Assembly: GCA_964016885.1 (NCBI GenBank)
Contig: OZ024743.1
Coordinates: 291,586,001 to 291,650,000 of the forward strand
Direction: 5' to 3'
DNA length: 64,000 bases
Source: Eledone cirrhosa
Lineage: Eukaryota
The notes beneath the pieces were generated by a model. It worked only from the letters and a program-made list of their open reading frames with translations, did no database searches and was not told the origin of the DNA. Both the position numbers and the translations under genes were made by a program. Shown one piece after another: positions 50,231 to 63,042 of this stretch. Numbering within the stretch: the stretch's first letter is position 1; each line of letters begins with the position of its first letter.

Positions 50231-53200
50231 CCTTCATCATTATTATTTTCAGTCTATCTTTGTCTTCCTAGATCTATTCAGGAAACTGTAATTATTAATT
50301 AAGAAACTCCCTTTAGGCACTTACTTATCCTAGTCCCAGCAAAGCTTTAGGAAATCGAACATAGCTAAGTCAGAATATATTAATGCAGTTAAAACTACAC
50401 TCCATACAAAAATGGCCAATAGTTCACCATTTACTATGTATATAACTGTAAATATATTAAATTACAAATAGAAGGTAAAACATTATATTAAGATATGTAA
50501 AATATAAATTGTTGGTCACCGACTTATATCTTCTGAAAATGATTTTCATTTGTACAATGTCTACATCAATGAAAGATTAATTACATATTCTTTCTAGTAA
50601 TCTTATACATGAACCACAAGTTCGTAGTAAATGTAGAATTCTTTCTCCGTTAAGGAAGTTCCGTGCCGACTTGAAGGAATTATTAATATATGAACACAAG
50701 TCGATGTTTACCTGTGAGATAATATCGAAGAAATTATCGTTGCGGGTAAAACTGTTATTTTAGTAAAGTTGATCAGTCTCTAACCAATTACTGATTTCTG
50801 TTTAAAGATATACTTTTGATGCAATTTTCCATACTCCCGTTTGGAATAACAAACGTGGTGCCAAAATATCAACTAATTCTCATGATAATCGCAATCTTGC
50901 CAAGATATTTCCATATGTAGATAAGATTTGACATATTATTAATGTAATTAAGGATAATAATCTAGTGCGGGTTATCGAAGTATCAAAAGAAGTAAATATT
51001 ACATTAAATTCGAAAATGTGTGTACAGACACGAGAAGTAGGAGACTTTTGTGCCATGCTATTCATAATGGAAGTATGCGTCCAGAATCGGATGAATTAAA
51101 ATCTTATGTGATTTTTCGCCGACGTCTAATCCTCCAGATCTTTGTCTGCTCGGATTATTTGCTTATAATATAAAATAGAAGACTATTATAATAATATCGT
51201 GCCATTGTTAAAATCCCAAAACTGAAAGTAATTAAAAAAAATTGAAAGTAATGATTAAATAGAATTTGCTTCGTTATCATTAGATGATATTAAAATTTAG
51301 TGCTCATAATATTGGAATTCATATCTCAAAAACTCATTGACGTGCAATTCATCCTCAAGCAGACAAGTGATTACTCATGATCACAGAACATCAAAATCTG
51401 AACAAATTATTCTATCTCTCACATTATAAGCACTGTCAATAGTTGAACCATTCTGAAAATGGCCTACATTCATTCACAATTTTCGTTTTATATTTGAAGC
51501 TAATCAGCAATTGGTTCATTTTTCTTTGTTTTAGAATAGAGAAACCTAAGGTAAAGAATGATAAACTCTTCAGGTGGCCTCATGATTCGTGTTTCATTTT
51601 GAGTAAATGTATAGATTGAGAATGTTGACGTTTTTGTAGGTGTATTGTGACAAAGAGCAGCAACTGACGGAAATAACAAATTACCTCATGAGGCTTTAGT
51701 CCATTCAGGAGTGACTCGCTTTGCCGACTATCATCATCGTCAACAATAACACTTTACATTGAACAAGTTATAACGTGATAATTCCGATTTTAAAACCAGT
51801 TAATTAAGATCAATTTAATATAGCTGCAAAATAGTGTTGGGCATAAAGATCAGATCAATTAAAAGGGAAATAGATATTATTGATGAATGTAGCCACATTC
51901 CATTCGCATTGCTATAAATGATACACATTACGCCAACTTATTGTAATCTTTTTTTTCTCCACAGTGTTTTCATTCTGAAAGATGAACTAAGTATATAAGT
52001 CACCATCTGAGTTTGAAGGTTTAACTCGGCTGCGGATATTTCTCATTTCAAAACATGAAATGGATAAAGATAAATTGGTAAGTCTAGATTACATGGCATG
52101 GCAGAAACATGCTTTGCTCGCCGGTTCAATGTAAACGAACCAGAGAGGATGTGGAAACGACTTAGATACATTTCGCGGACTCAGATTGGAATTCGAGAGA
52201 AATACACGAACGGCTAATTTTGTCAACAGGCCCGTGGAGCTAGACACCGGCTAGCATCCTACATTTTCACAATCCGAATACGTGTCTCCAGAAGGTGAAA
52301 GATACTCTAACCACACTTAAATCCATAGTTAATAGTTTATGCAGCAGAGTATCGAGTCTATCTGCTAAAGAGGAAATCTTCAAGTAACAAGCCGAGTATA
52401 ATAATGTGACATTAGCTAAGATATGATATTCGGAGAAGAAACATTAAATGGTAAATGGTGATGTATCGGCGGTTATCATTTGGGCACAGGCACACGAAAA
52501 CCCAAAATGATGGGTCCTAAACTAAAACGGACATATAACCCTGCATCATATACTGGTCATAACAGTTGTGATGACCAAGGGAGTATCAGGCTATTTACGT
52601 CCAAGCATAACCAGGATTTGACGGATAAGACAAGGAGCGCTGCATGATATACTTATGTTGTCCACAACCCCAGGACCCGTCGTAGCCGTGATTTGACGGT
52701 TAGCAAACGTAAAGATACACTTTGCCTTTCTGTCTAACGCAACCCCACAGCCTACGGTATAATTCAGCGTGGTGCCAGATCAACCAGGCGTAATCATGGC
52801 CGGATCGATAGGGCCGAGGATTATAGCTCATTTAGATTTTGTAACTTCACATGACGTGGCAGTGACATCAACAACAGCCCACCGGGTGGAGTCAACCACA
52901 GTACTACATTATGTTAAACTGCAACTCGTAATACTACTAAAAAGAATAATGGTGGTGGTTTTGGTGGCGTCAGCGTCAGTAAAATTTACATTGGAGGTAA
53001 TCAGGATGGTACCGGGGACGGCGATCGTATTTTTCGTGGTGGGGATGGTTATGGAAGTGGTAGTAGTGAAAATAGTCACAGTGGTGAGGATAGTAGTGTT
53101 CATAACAATCCGGTTCTGCTAAGAAACAGGAAATCCAGACCCGATCCCGCTCCCTGTCGCTCATGTTTGTAGCGGCTGGGTACGCTCTTCGGTTTCGTTG

Positions 53201-53744
53201 TTATTTATAGCTGTTGTTACTGTAGTTGGACTTGTTGTTGTTGCTGCTGCCATGGTCCCAGCATTGCCAGATATAGGCATTTATAACTGACACCCAACCC
53301 GCTTGTTCCATCACTCAGATTTGGCAGCTCGCCAACGCCACTTCACCACTCTGGGATGTATAAGTCTTCAAAGAAACATGACCTACGCCACCACCGCACT
53401 ATTGTAGTCCTAGGCGTCGCTGTCGTTGCTGTTGCCTTTTTCTTTATGGTTGTGTTTGTTGCATTGCTGTTACCACAGTCATTGCTAGATGTTATTTTAT
53501 CATCAATTTGTCTTTTTCTATTTTTTTTATTCCTTATTATTTTGTTTAACTGCTCCCTAATTTTTACTTTTATTTGTATTTCAATTTTGATTGGATTGGA
53601 CTTGTATGTTATTCGAATTTCATTTGTATACTTTACCCATTTATCTATTTATTTGTTCATGTATTTATGTTCCTCCCCCAACCGAAAATATAGATAGATA
53701 TATAATTAGATAATGGCGCTGTGCATTTCTCCTTTTTATTATCC

Positions 53745-54179
53745 TGTAGTAAGAGTTGCCTCCCCTGCCACGACAATCTCATCACTGCTCTCTAGACAGG
53801 AAGTAGGTGAAATTGCTTCCCTTTGGGATTGACCAGACTCCCTGGTGGTCACTTCCGGTCAACAGATATAAAAGGAACGGTTTACCACGAAATCTCTCTC
53901 TCGCCTCCTGATTCCTGAAGTGGTAACACCTTCGACCATAGCTTGTGATTCCTTCTGGACGACCCTTTCGTTACCAAGCACAATGCAGCTTGCAGCCTGA
54001 GATGAGAGCCTAAGATGTTTCTACCAACTTCAGCCTTGTATTATGACCATCGGGTAACAAACCCTTATATTTAATGCCTTTTGACTTCCATGAAGTAAAA
54101 ACTTTATTACCACACACACACACCGGTATTTACTGTCTTTTATATTATGTTGCATGTACACCGATATTTATTTCCTAAA
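53745..54179 (+). repeat. 5' LTR (435 bp)
   Basis: TGTAG...CTAAA; about 8 substitutions and one CA indel versus the 3' LTR by eye. Confidence 0.92.
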
Positions 54180-54180
54180 G

Positions 54181-54200
54181 TGGTGACCCCCGACGTGATT
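54181..54200 (+). promoter_or_regulatory. Primer binding site for tRNA-Trp
   Basis: TGGTGACCCC(C)GACGTGATT is complementary to the eukaryotic tRNA-Trp 3' end, with one extra C. Confidence 0.85.
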
Positions 54201-54636
54201 AAAAAAAAAAAAGAATGGGAAATGGTATACGGTGTATTTAATATGATATAAAAAAAAAAGAGAAAAATATAACACCTACAATTATTGACACACAGACAAA
54301 CCGCAATTGTATAAATGTTTTCACCATTCTGTTTTCTCTCATTTTCTGCCTTTCGCTTCTCTCGCTAAAAAAAATGTATGAGGATGACAAGATGGAGTCT
54401 CTCTTCTCCATCAATAGTGTTTTTGGCGCGAAATAGTCCGCCATGTTGGATTTTTTTGTTGAGTCTTTAGGTTCCTCGCACGTAACGTAGTATAACAGCA
54501 CTCAAGTAATCGCTTGTTCGCACATTGTCCCGGATGCATTATTTTCCGGTTCAGTGGTCTGAAGAAAGAATTTAGTTTTCATTTTTTGTTACCTTAGAGA
54601 CATTTTTCCCTAACGGTAGATTACTACGGCATATCA

Positions 54637-55430
54637 ATGGCTTCCCACTCTGTTCTGCCAACGTACACGGGCGACGTAAGGTTATGGTTCTCGCAGTTAG
54701 AAGCTTTCTTCAGGGCGAACAGAGTCGACGAGGAAATACAACATTCTGTGGTCCTCAGGGCAATTCCGCCGGCAATTCTCCTAGCGGTCAAGGACCTCGT
54801 GTTAGAGGTAACGACAGAATCGTCGTACACGTCTCTGAAGGCTGAAATACTCAGCCGGACAGAACAGTCGTCAGAGAAGAGATTTAGGGCTCTGGTCCAC
54901 CTAGAGCATATAGGGGATGGCACCCCATCGAACCTCCTTAGGCGAATGAAGGACTTAACGGAGGGGTCTGCAGCGGAAACTGTCCTGCTGAGCAGTTGTT
55001 CTTTTCGCGCCTGCCGACAAACGTACAGGCAATTTTGGCCCCCATGAGGGATTCAAGCACGGTTGAGCAGCTTGCCTCATCGGCGGACAAAATTTTCGAG
55101 GTGACGAATGCCGGAGACAGCGACGCCCTCGACGCTGTTCAACACCCAGCTCGGCCCACACACGGCCATGCGATCTACGCGGCAGCACCAACAGACAGCT
55201 CGACTATCATTGCGATGCAAAGGTCCATTCAGGAGCTCACCATGGAGCTCCACAAGATGAAGGCCTTGTGTGGTGGCTGTTCGCGCTCCCACAGTCGCGG
55301 GAGATCGCAAAGTTTCAGACGGCGTTCCAAATCACCAGCTTCATCCCTATGCTGGTACCACGAGCGACTCGCTGAGAACGCGAAGCACTGCGTGCAACCT
55401 TGCTCCTATCATAAGGCGGGAAACGCATAA
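54637..55430 (+). pseudogene. Gypsy gag, one frameshift near 54990
   Basis: LWFSQLEAFF, GDGTPSNLLRRM, FFSRLP, C-terminal CWYH...C..PC. Confidence 0.88.
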
Positions 55431-55457
55431 GAGGTCCTCTGATGGGGACAGATGGCC
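55418..55457 (+). promoter_or_regulatory. Putative -1 ribosomal frameshift signal (gag-pol)
   Basis: G GGA AAC at 55418-55424; pol is in the -1 frame; stem-loop GAGGUC-C-UCUG...CAGA-U-GGCCUC starts 6 nt downstream. Confidence 0.75.
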
Positions 55458-58400
55458 TCAACATAAAGCCACCAAACCACCATTTCTTCATTAAGGACCT
55501 AATATCCGGAAGAGGTTTCCTTGTGGATACAGGAGCCTCCTGTAGTATCTGGCCAGTCCATTGCCTGAAAGATACCCCCATAGAGTCATCTGTTACGCTG
55601 CAGGCAGTTAACCTCTCGTCTATAAAGACGTACGGGCAAATCTCGCTCCCTCTTACATTCCTAAATCTTCGAAGGGATTTTAAGTGGATTTTTACGGTTG
55701 CCGATTTGCCATATCCCATCTTAGGAGCGGATTTCCTCCACAACTTCTCTTTAACTGTGGACGTCCGTGGCCAACGCCTGGCGGATAACATCACCGGCTT
55801 TTCAATTCATGGCCAGGGAGCCAATGCCCCAATAGTCAGCCCCGTGTTCTTTATCGCTGCCGCTGGTGACGCTTACCATGCGTTACTAGGTTTTTTCCCG
55901 GGGCTCACGGATGGAAATTTTCGAGTCACTGACCCAGCACACTCGACCGAACATTTCGTTTCCACCAGCGGTGCCCCAGTGTTTTCGCGTCCACGCCGCT
56001 TACCGACGGAAAAATTAAAGGCAGCACGGTCCGAGTTCGACCATATGCTGCAGCTGGGCATTATTCGCCCATCTACGAGTCCTTGGGCTTCACCGTTACA
56101 CATGGTGCCCAAGACTTCCGGCGACTGGAGACCCACGGGGGATTATAGGAGGTTAAATGCCATGACCGTCCCGGATAGGTATCCCATTCCCCATCTCCAC
56201 GATTTTGCATCTTCACTGCAGGGGTGTAAGATTTTTTCTAAGTTAGATTTAGTGCGAGCCTACCACCAAATTCCGGTCAGGAAGGGAGGATATTCCGAAA
56301 ACTGCGATTACAACCCCTTTCGGATCATTCGAATTTTTGACCATGCCTTTCGGACTCAGGAACGCCGTTAGCACTTTTCAGCGGTTCATAGACGAGGTCA
56401 CGCGTGGTCTAGACTTCGTCTATGCTTACATAGACGATATTCTCGTCGCTAGTTCCTCTCCGGAAGAGCATATGCGCCACATGCTTCTCTTACTTCGGCG
56501 ACTTCAGGATTACTGCGTTCGCGTGAATCCTGCAAAGTGTGTTTTCGGTTCCACTTCGCTACATTTTTCAGTCCACCTCATCGACGCCGAAGGTATTAGG
56601 CCGCTCCCTCAGCGAGTTCAAGCCATACAGGAGTTACCGCCGCCTACTACACTTCACCAGTTGCGTCACTTCTTAGGCCTAATCAATTTCTATAGGCGTT
56701 TCATTCCTCATTGTGCTAATTGGCTATCTTCCCTTAATGACATTTTAAAAAATCGTCGTAAGAAGAATGAAGACATTTCCTTGACACAAGGACAGCTTCA
56801 GGACTTCCAGTCTGCCAAGACAGCCCTCGCTAGTTCTTCTTTGCTAGCCCACCCAGTACCAGAGGCCAAGCTTTCGCTTTGTGTTGATGCATCTGATACC
56901 GCTGTGGGAGCAGTTTTACAGTAGTCTTACGCTGAAAACCAACAACCTTTGGCATTTTTCTCGAGGAAGTTGAAACCAGCAGAAACGCGTTATAGCACGT
57001 TTGGGCGGGAATTATTAGCCATATATCTGTCGGTGAAACATTTCTCCCATATCCTTGAGGGGAGAAATTCCACGGTTTTTACCGACCACAAACCGTTGAC
57101 CTTCGCTTTGAGGGCCAAAGCCGACAGATATTCGCCCAGAGAGACAAGGCACCTGGACTACGTTTCACAATTTACAAACGATATCCAGCACATTGCCGGC
57201 TCGCACAACATAGTTGCAGACGCATTATCACGTTTGCCAATTAGCTCCATCTCGTCATCCCAGGATATCGACTTAGGTCGTTTAGCTGCAGACCAACCTG
57301 CACTCCAATCGTTGGACACTCTTTCTACTGAATTTGCGACTTGCATTTTCAAATATCTGCCCTTGTCCACCACCGACAGGCAGATTCTTTGTGATGTATC
57401 CACTGATGCACCACGACCACTTGTTCCTGAGACTAACCGTCGAATTGTGTTCCTGGCTCTGCACAACATTTCTCATCCAGGATCTGCTTCCACAGTTAAA
57501 CTCATAACAGCCAGATTCTTCTGGCCTAATATGAGACCCGACATTGCTGGATGGTGCCGTTCCTGTATCGCTTGCCAGAAATCGAAGATCCATAGACACA
57601 TCCGGACTCCACTGGGTACTTTCACCACTCCAGATGCTCGGTTCCAACACATCCACATTGACATCGTTGGACCTTGGCCATTCAGCAGTGGATATTCCTA
57701 CATATTGACGTGTGTCGATCGTTTTTCGCGATGGCCTGAAGCCATCCCTTTACAAGACATGACTGCTGAGACTGTAGCACGTGCCCTAGTATCAGGGTGG
57801 ATTACCCGCTTTGGGGTACCAACTACACTCACCACATACCGCGGTAGACAATTCGAGTCCCATCTCTTCTCTGAGCTCACCAAAATAATTGGAGCTCAAC
57901 GGATTCGGATCACAGCCTATCATCCTGCTTCAAAGGGAATGGTGGAACGATTCCACCGCCAATTAAAGGCCGCACTTCGCCCCTATCCAGACTCTCAACG
58001 TTGGAGCGAGTAACTTCCTATTGTGTTATTAGGAATTCTGTCATCAATAAAGGAGGACCTTGGGTTCTCCCCGGCCGAATTAATTTACGGTGCTCCTCTA
58101 GCGTTGCCTGGGCAAATGCTTGCCCCTGTTGATCTCGCTTTCCAAGATCCGCTTTCCTACGTATCCCGTCTGCATTCTTATTTACAGGACCTGCAGCCGA
58201 TGGATACGAGGAAGCAAACTGTAAAACATGCGGTCCCGAGGGACATTGCCTCGTGGACCCATGTATTCGTAAGGAACGATGCTGTGAGACCACCCCTCAC
58301 ACAACCATACTCTGGACCCTACCGTGTGCTAACACGCAGTGACAAACATTTCACTGTAGACGTTAAGGGGTCCAGAGAGACGATTTCGGTAGATAGACTG

Positions 58401-58571
58401 AAAAGGGCACACAATGACGCTCATACACCCGAGCCACAAATACCCCAACCTTTCTCTCTTGTGCATACACCTGCTCCTTCTGCCCCACCTTCACCTACAT
58501 ACAAGACTACGACCCGTTACGGTCGGAGAGTCCACTGGCCCAAAAAGTTCTGCCACACTATTTTTATGTGA
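55425..58571 (+). pseudogene. Gypsy pol (protease, RT, RNase H, integrase) with a frameshift and stops
   Basis: LVDTGA, YIDD, DASD, HHCC, HIDIVG, VERFHR, GPY; frameshift ~56290, TAG 56922, TAA 58011, second catalytic D appears as Y (TYRGRQF). Confidence 0.92.
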
Positions 58572-59196
58572 ACTGGCCATTGGAGCCTTATATATATATA
58601 TATATTTTTTTTTTTTGCTCTTCTTGTTATTTATTGATTTATTGTATTGCAATGTACCTCTCATTACCATTTCACTGGATGTATATATATGTTTTTCGTT
58701 TCCTTTACAACGAACATTTTAAGCTATATTCTTCTATTTGCCGGTTTATAAATTTACCACGTAAATTTACCGTTGATAACCGCGCATTTATTAAGAATGC
58801 TTATTTCTCTGGTCGCTGGCCTCTTGACCCTTCCAGGTCAACGCATTCACAACATCAACGACAACAACACAGCTTCATCAGCAACTAAAACCAGCAGAAC
58901 AAACCAGACAATTTATTTCTGCAGCACTCTGCCTGTGAGAAATTACCTTCGGAAGTTGGACATTTCATGTTATACCACAGACCAGAAACCACCTGCATTC
59001 ATTCTCTGGAACACATTCTTTACTGCTGTCATGTGACTGCACACATGTTAACTGTATTTTAGATATTTGAACTTTTGATCTCTTCTCTTACTTCCATTAC
59101 CCTGTACCATAGTGTTCATGCCTCTTACATGCTCGCCATCTTACTCCATGCATGCTTCTTTCGATTTTTATGTTTTAAAAATCTGGCGGGAGATAA

Positions 59197-59629
59197 TGTA
59201 GTAAGAGTTGCCTCCCCTGCCACGACAATCTCATCACTGCTCTCTAGACAGGAAGTAGGTGGAGTTGCTTCCCTTTGGGATTGACCAGACTCCCTGGTGG
59301 TCACTTCCGGTCAACAGATATAAAAGGAGCGGTTTACCACGAAATCTCTCTCTCGCCTCCTGATTCCTGAAGTGGTAACACCTTCGACCATAGCTTGTGA
59401 TTCCTTCTGGACGACCCTTTCGTTACCAAGCACAATGCAGCTTGCAGCCTGAGATGAGAGCCTAAGATGTTTCTACCAACTTCAGCCTTGAATTATGACC
59501 ATCGGGTAACAAACGCTTATATTTAATGCCTTTTGACTTCCATGAAGTAAACACTTTATTACCACACACACACCGGTATTTACTGTCTTTTATATTATGT
59601 TGCATATCCACCGATATTTATTTCCTAAA
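59197..59629 (+). repeat. 3' LTR (433 bp)
   Basis: Preceded by purine tract ggcgggagataa; ends CTAAA followed by ATCC. Confidence 0.92.
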
Positions 59630-59640
59630 ATCCTTTACAC

Positions 59641-59831
<191 letters not shown>

Positions 59832-60117
59832 AATTATAGTATGGACTTAACCTAACACTAATGTTTGGAGGACAGTATGGTCTGTCGATTGTGAAGTAGA
59901 TAAAAGGAAGTGTTCGACGGCCTGTAAAAAAGGGGCAAGCCGAAGAATTATATATCAATAAAGATTCTGTGGCCATATTCAGTATCAGGAAAATAAAATC
60001 TTTCTCGGAGTTATTGGATTTTCCACACCGAAATATTTGTTTATGAACTTGTATTGTTTTATAGGTTTTGCTGTCTGAAGAACCTGATCCAACTGAATAC
60101 GGCTTCGGATCTTTTAT

Positions 60118-60202
<85 letters not shown>

Positions 60203-60204
<2 letters not shown>

Positions 60205-60281
60205 GGGTTGGGGTTAGGGTTAGGGTTAGGGTTAGGGTTAGGGTTAGGGTTAGGGTTAGGGTTAGGGTTAGGGTTAGGGTT
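60203..60281 (+). repeat. Interstitial telomeric array, ~13 x TTAGGG
   Basis: Directly visible; one TTGGGG variant. Confidence 0.95.
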
Positions 60282-60365
60282 TGTGGATGTTCAAAAATCA
60301 TTTATATATGCTAGGTGCAATTTTCAATCCATATTTTCTTCCATCTTTCTGATATATCGTGGTCG

Positions 60366-60429
<64 letters not shown>

Positions 60430-60640
60430 GTGTGTGTGCGTGTGTGTGCGTACGTGCGTGTGTGCGTGCGTGTGTGTGTGTATGTGTGTGTGTGTGTGTG
60501 TGTAGAGTGTGCGTAGCAAAAGGAATATGTGGACGTTAGAAAACTTTCTAAATCGACCACGATATATCAGAAAGATGGAAGAAAATATGGATTGAAAATT
60601 GCACCTAGCATATATAAATGATTTTTGAACATCCACAAAC
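60279..60640. repeat. Perfect 89-bp inverted duplication
   Basis: 60279-60367 is the exact reverse complement of 60552-60640. Confidence 0.93.
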
Positions 60641-60788
60641 ATTGATATTAAAATCAATATTAAAAATTGATGTTAGCTGCGCCTGCTTTCTCCGTTTTGG
60701 ATTATCAAAACATTTGGTCGAAAAAATAAAACTAAATAGCAGAGTGTTGTAGAGTGCTTGAAGCATTGTTGAATAGGAAATATAAATT

Positions 60789-61062
60789 TAAATAATTTTG
60801 AAAACCATACAAAGCATTAGAAAATTAGTGTTACCAAGATAAAAATAGAACCTTACTTTAGCAAATTTAATACTCGATCGGAGATGATTTGATAGGAAGA
60901 ATCTGTGATCCATTCTCTAAGAGCTTCACATTGATACTCACTTGATAATGGATTTTTAAAACCGAAAATATTGGGGATTATTAAATTTGCTAAGGTAAGA
61001 TTGTATTGTTATCTTGGCAACTTAAATTTTCTAATGCATTGTATAATTTTCAAAATAATTTC
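60789..61062. repeat. Diverged ~85-bp inverted repeat pair
   Basis: ~60789-60873 versus ~60977-61062. Confidence 0.6.
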
Positions 61063-61129
61063 AGTTTCTGATAACTAAATCTTTTGATAATCGAATATAT
61101 ATATATATATAATATATATATATATAATA

Positions 61130-61630
61130 AGGAGTTGACTGACCCAGCATATTTATCAATGGCAGGACCGGTTATATCTCAGCGTACTCAATAGGCAATG
61201 TAAGATACATTCCCAGAATATACACATAGTTATTCGCTTCAACACAACACACGTAATAGTTGCCTATAATAGTTCCCGCACTCGAGATTCGGCCACACTT
61301 AATGCAGCAGTAAACTGCACTGCATCCTCCGTCTACATATATTATGCGACAATGCATAATCGGCGTATGTGGCCTCATCAGCGGGTAAGGCCTAATCAAT
61401 AACCAATCGATCAACATAATCCAAAGCCCAGCGCATCCCGGCCATGCCTGTTTGTGACAGCCGACACGGTAAAGCGATTAGAAACTGCAATCCAATACAA
61501 TTCTGTCTCTCGACAAGCCACCGATTTACAAACTTTACGTGGTGGCGGGAGAATAGAAAACAAATCTGTTCGTTCCCCGTCAAAAGATCTCAGCCAACGT
61601 GTCTCACACACAATAATAAGAGGTGAAAAG
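61130..61630 (-). mobile_element. Probable PLE 3' end between (TA)n tracts with a degenerate hammerhead
   Basis: RETELYWI...TNRHG resembles a PLE C-terminus; CUGAUGA-GGC(CACAUAC)GCC-GAUUAUGCAUUGUC at ~61346-61385. Confidence 0.45.
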
Positions 61631-61789
61631 ATATATATATATATAGATAGATTTGTGATTTGTAAGGCTTTTGATATGAAACCGTGTTTCGAAACAAATA
61701 TTGTTATACTTGGGGAGGGTCATATTGTTATAATATTTCCAGAAATAATAACAGAACACACTACTGTTTGGTTTGGGTTGGTTTTCTTC

Positions 61790-62620
61790 ATATTGAAAAG
61801 CAAGAGTAACAAAATGATATTATAGTGAACAGATAGCAAAATAGTGGGAGCTGATGTAAAGAGGTTATTACTTAAAGTGATTATAATAAGCATATTATAG
61901 AGAACGTTATGCATAAATGTTATACAGGTTTAAAAAGATATCAAGCAAAATCATATTACAGTAACAAGTAAAATAAGACAAGGTATTAGCATTCAAATAT
62001 GTTTGTATCAGAGTTAATGTAGACATGTTTATTCCAAACATTAAACCGTTACATTACACACAACACAAACATTTTTGAATGCTATTAACTTGTCTTATTT
62101 TACTTATATTATTCGTATTACATAACATTTATATATTTCCTATCATTAGGTATCTATTTCTACCATACTGCATGCCACTTTTAACATTATGTATGTAATA
62201 AGCTTGATATATTCACGTTCTGTCTTACCTTATGCATGCTTTTATTAAAATTCTGTATATTTTGCTTCATATAGCCTTATAACACAGTTCAATATTATGG
62301 TATCGTTTTACTGTAATATGTATTTGCTTGACATCGTTTTGCACCTGTATTACATTTATGCATAACTTTCGCTATAATATGCTTATTATAATCATTTTAA
62401 GTAATAACCTCTTTACAAAAGCTACTCATATTTTGCTATCTTTTCACTATAATATCATTTTGTTACACGTGCTTTTCATGATGATGTCACTGACTCTCTT
62501 CATAATATTGTATATTAATGAATGTTCTAAATACTAGGAATGTAATTGCTTGTTTATTTATTGTATACACTCCGATGATACCAGGCAGTTGTCTAGAAGA
62601 AACTATTGCCAGCAATTAAA
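61790..62620 (+). mobile_element. Nested fold-back element ending in a degenerate hammerhead
   Basis: ~175-bp inverted arms ~61790-61965 / ~62308-62483; inner pair ~61965-61997 / ~62074-62105; CCGAUGA...GAAACUAUUGCC at 62572-62610. Confidence 0.6.
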
Positions 62621-62755
62621 TATATTAAGCAAAAATGTGATTGATTTATATATTGTATTTCTGCTGTGTAATACATCTCATAATTTACATTGAGGTATTT
62701 CTCTTACTGGTAGTCGGGTAGTGCAGCTTACTACTCTTTCATATTTATAATTATA

Positions 62756-62786
62756 CTAGCATTAAAGCCCGGCGTTGCTCGGGGTC
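62756..62786 (-). mobile_element. Helitron-type 3' terminus
   Basis: Minus strand CCCGAGCAACGCCGGG hairpin, 8-nt spacer, CTAG followed by T. Confidence 0.65.
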
Positions 62787-63042
62787 ATTAAGTTACCAAA
62801 GTTAGGTTGCTCCACCCATTTTATGGCAGCACTTTTTTGTCTGTCAGGCACTCGGTGAATGAATTGCAGACCTGGAAGCAGGAGCTGCGCCAGCAGTGAC
62901 AATTGTAGTTTCGCCTATGGATATTATCTCTGTGAAAAAAGGTGTTGACATTTATTGTTTCACAGTACTTGCGCAACACGCGCGTAGACGATGCCAGCCG
63001 AACAACAGAGCTGCGATGGAGTTGTTCTGCATGGTTGTCTGT

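Larger units (their letters stand above)
53745..59629 (+). mobile_element. Full-length Ty3/Gypsy LTR retrotransposon, inactivated
   Basis: Paired LTRs, ATCC target duplication (53741-53744 / 59630-59633), PBS, PPT, gag-PR-RT-RH-IN order. Confidence 0.95.

Noticed and set aside
52769-53697. Val/Thr-rich and hydrophobic ORFs
   Set aside because: Low-complexity trinucleotide-rich sequence; may be a decayed ORF1 but no diagnostic motif
58572-59190. env-like third ORF in the Gypsy element
   Set aside because: Only short AT-rich ORFs with no signal peptide or fusion-protein features
60070-60115. CUGAAGA...GAAUAC as another hammerhead
   Set aside because: Stems I and II do not pair convincingly
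60203-60281. True chromosome end
   Set aside because: Only ~13 units with ordinary sequence on both sides
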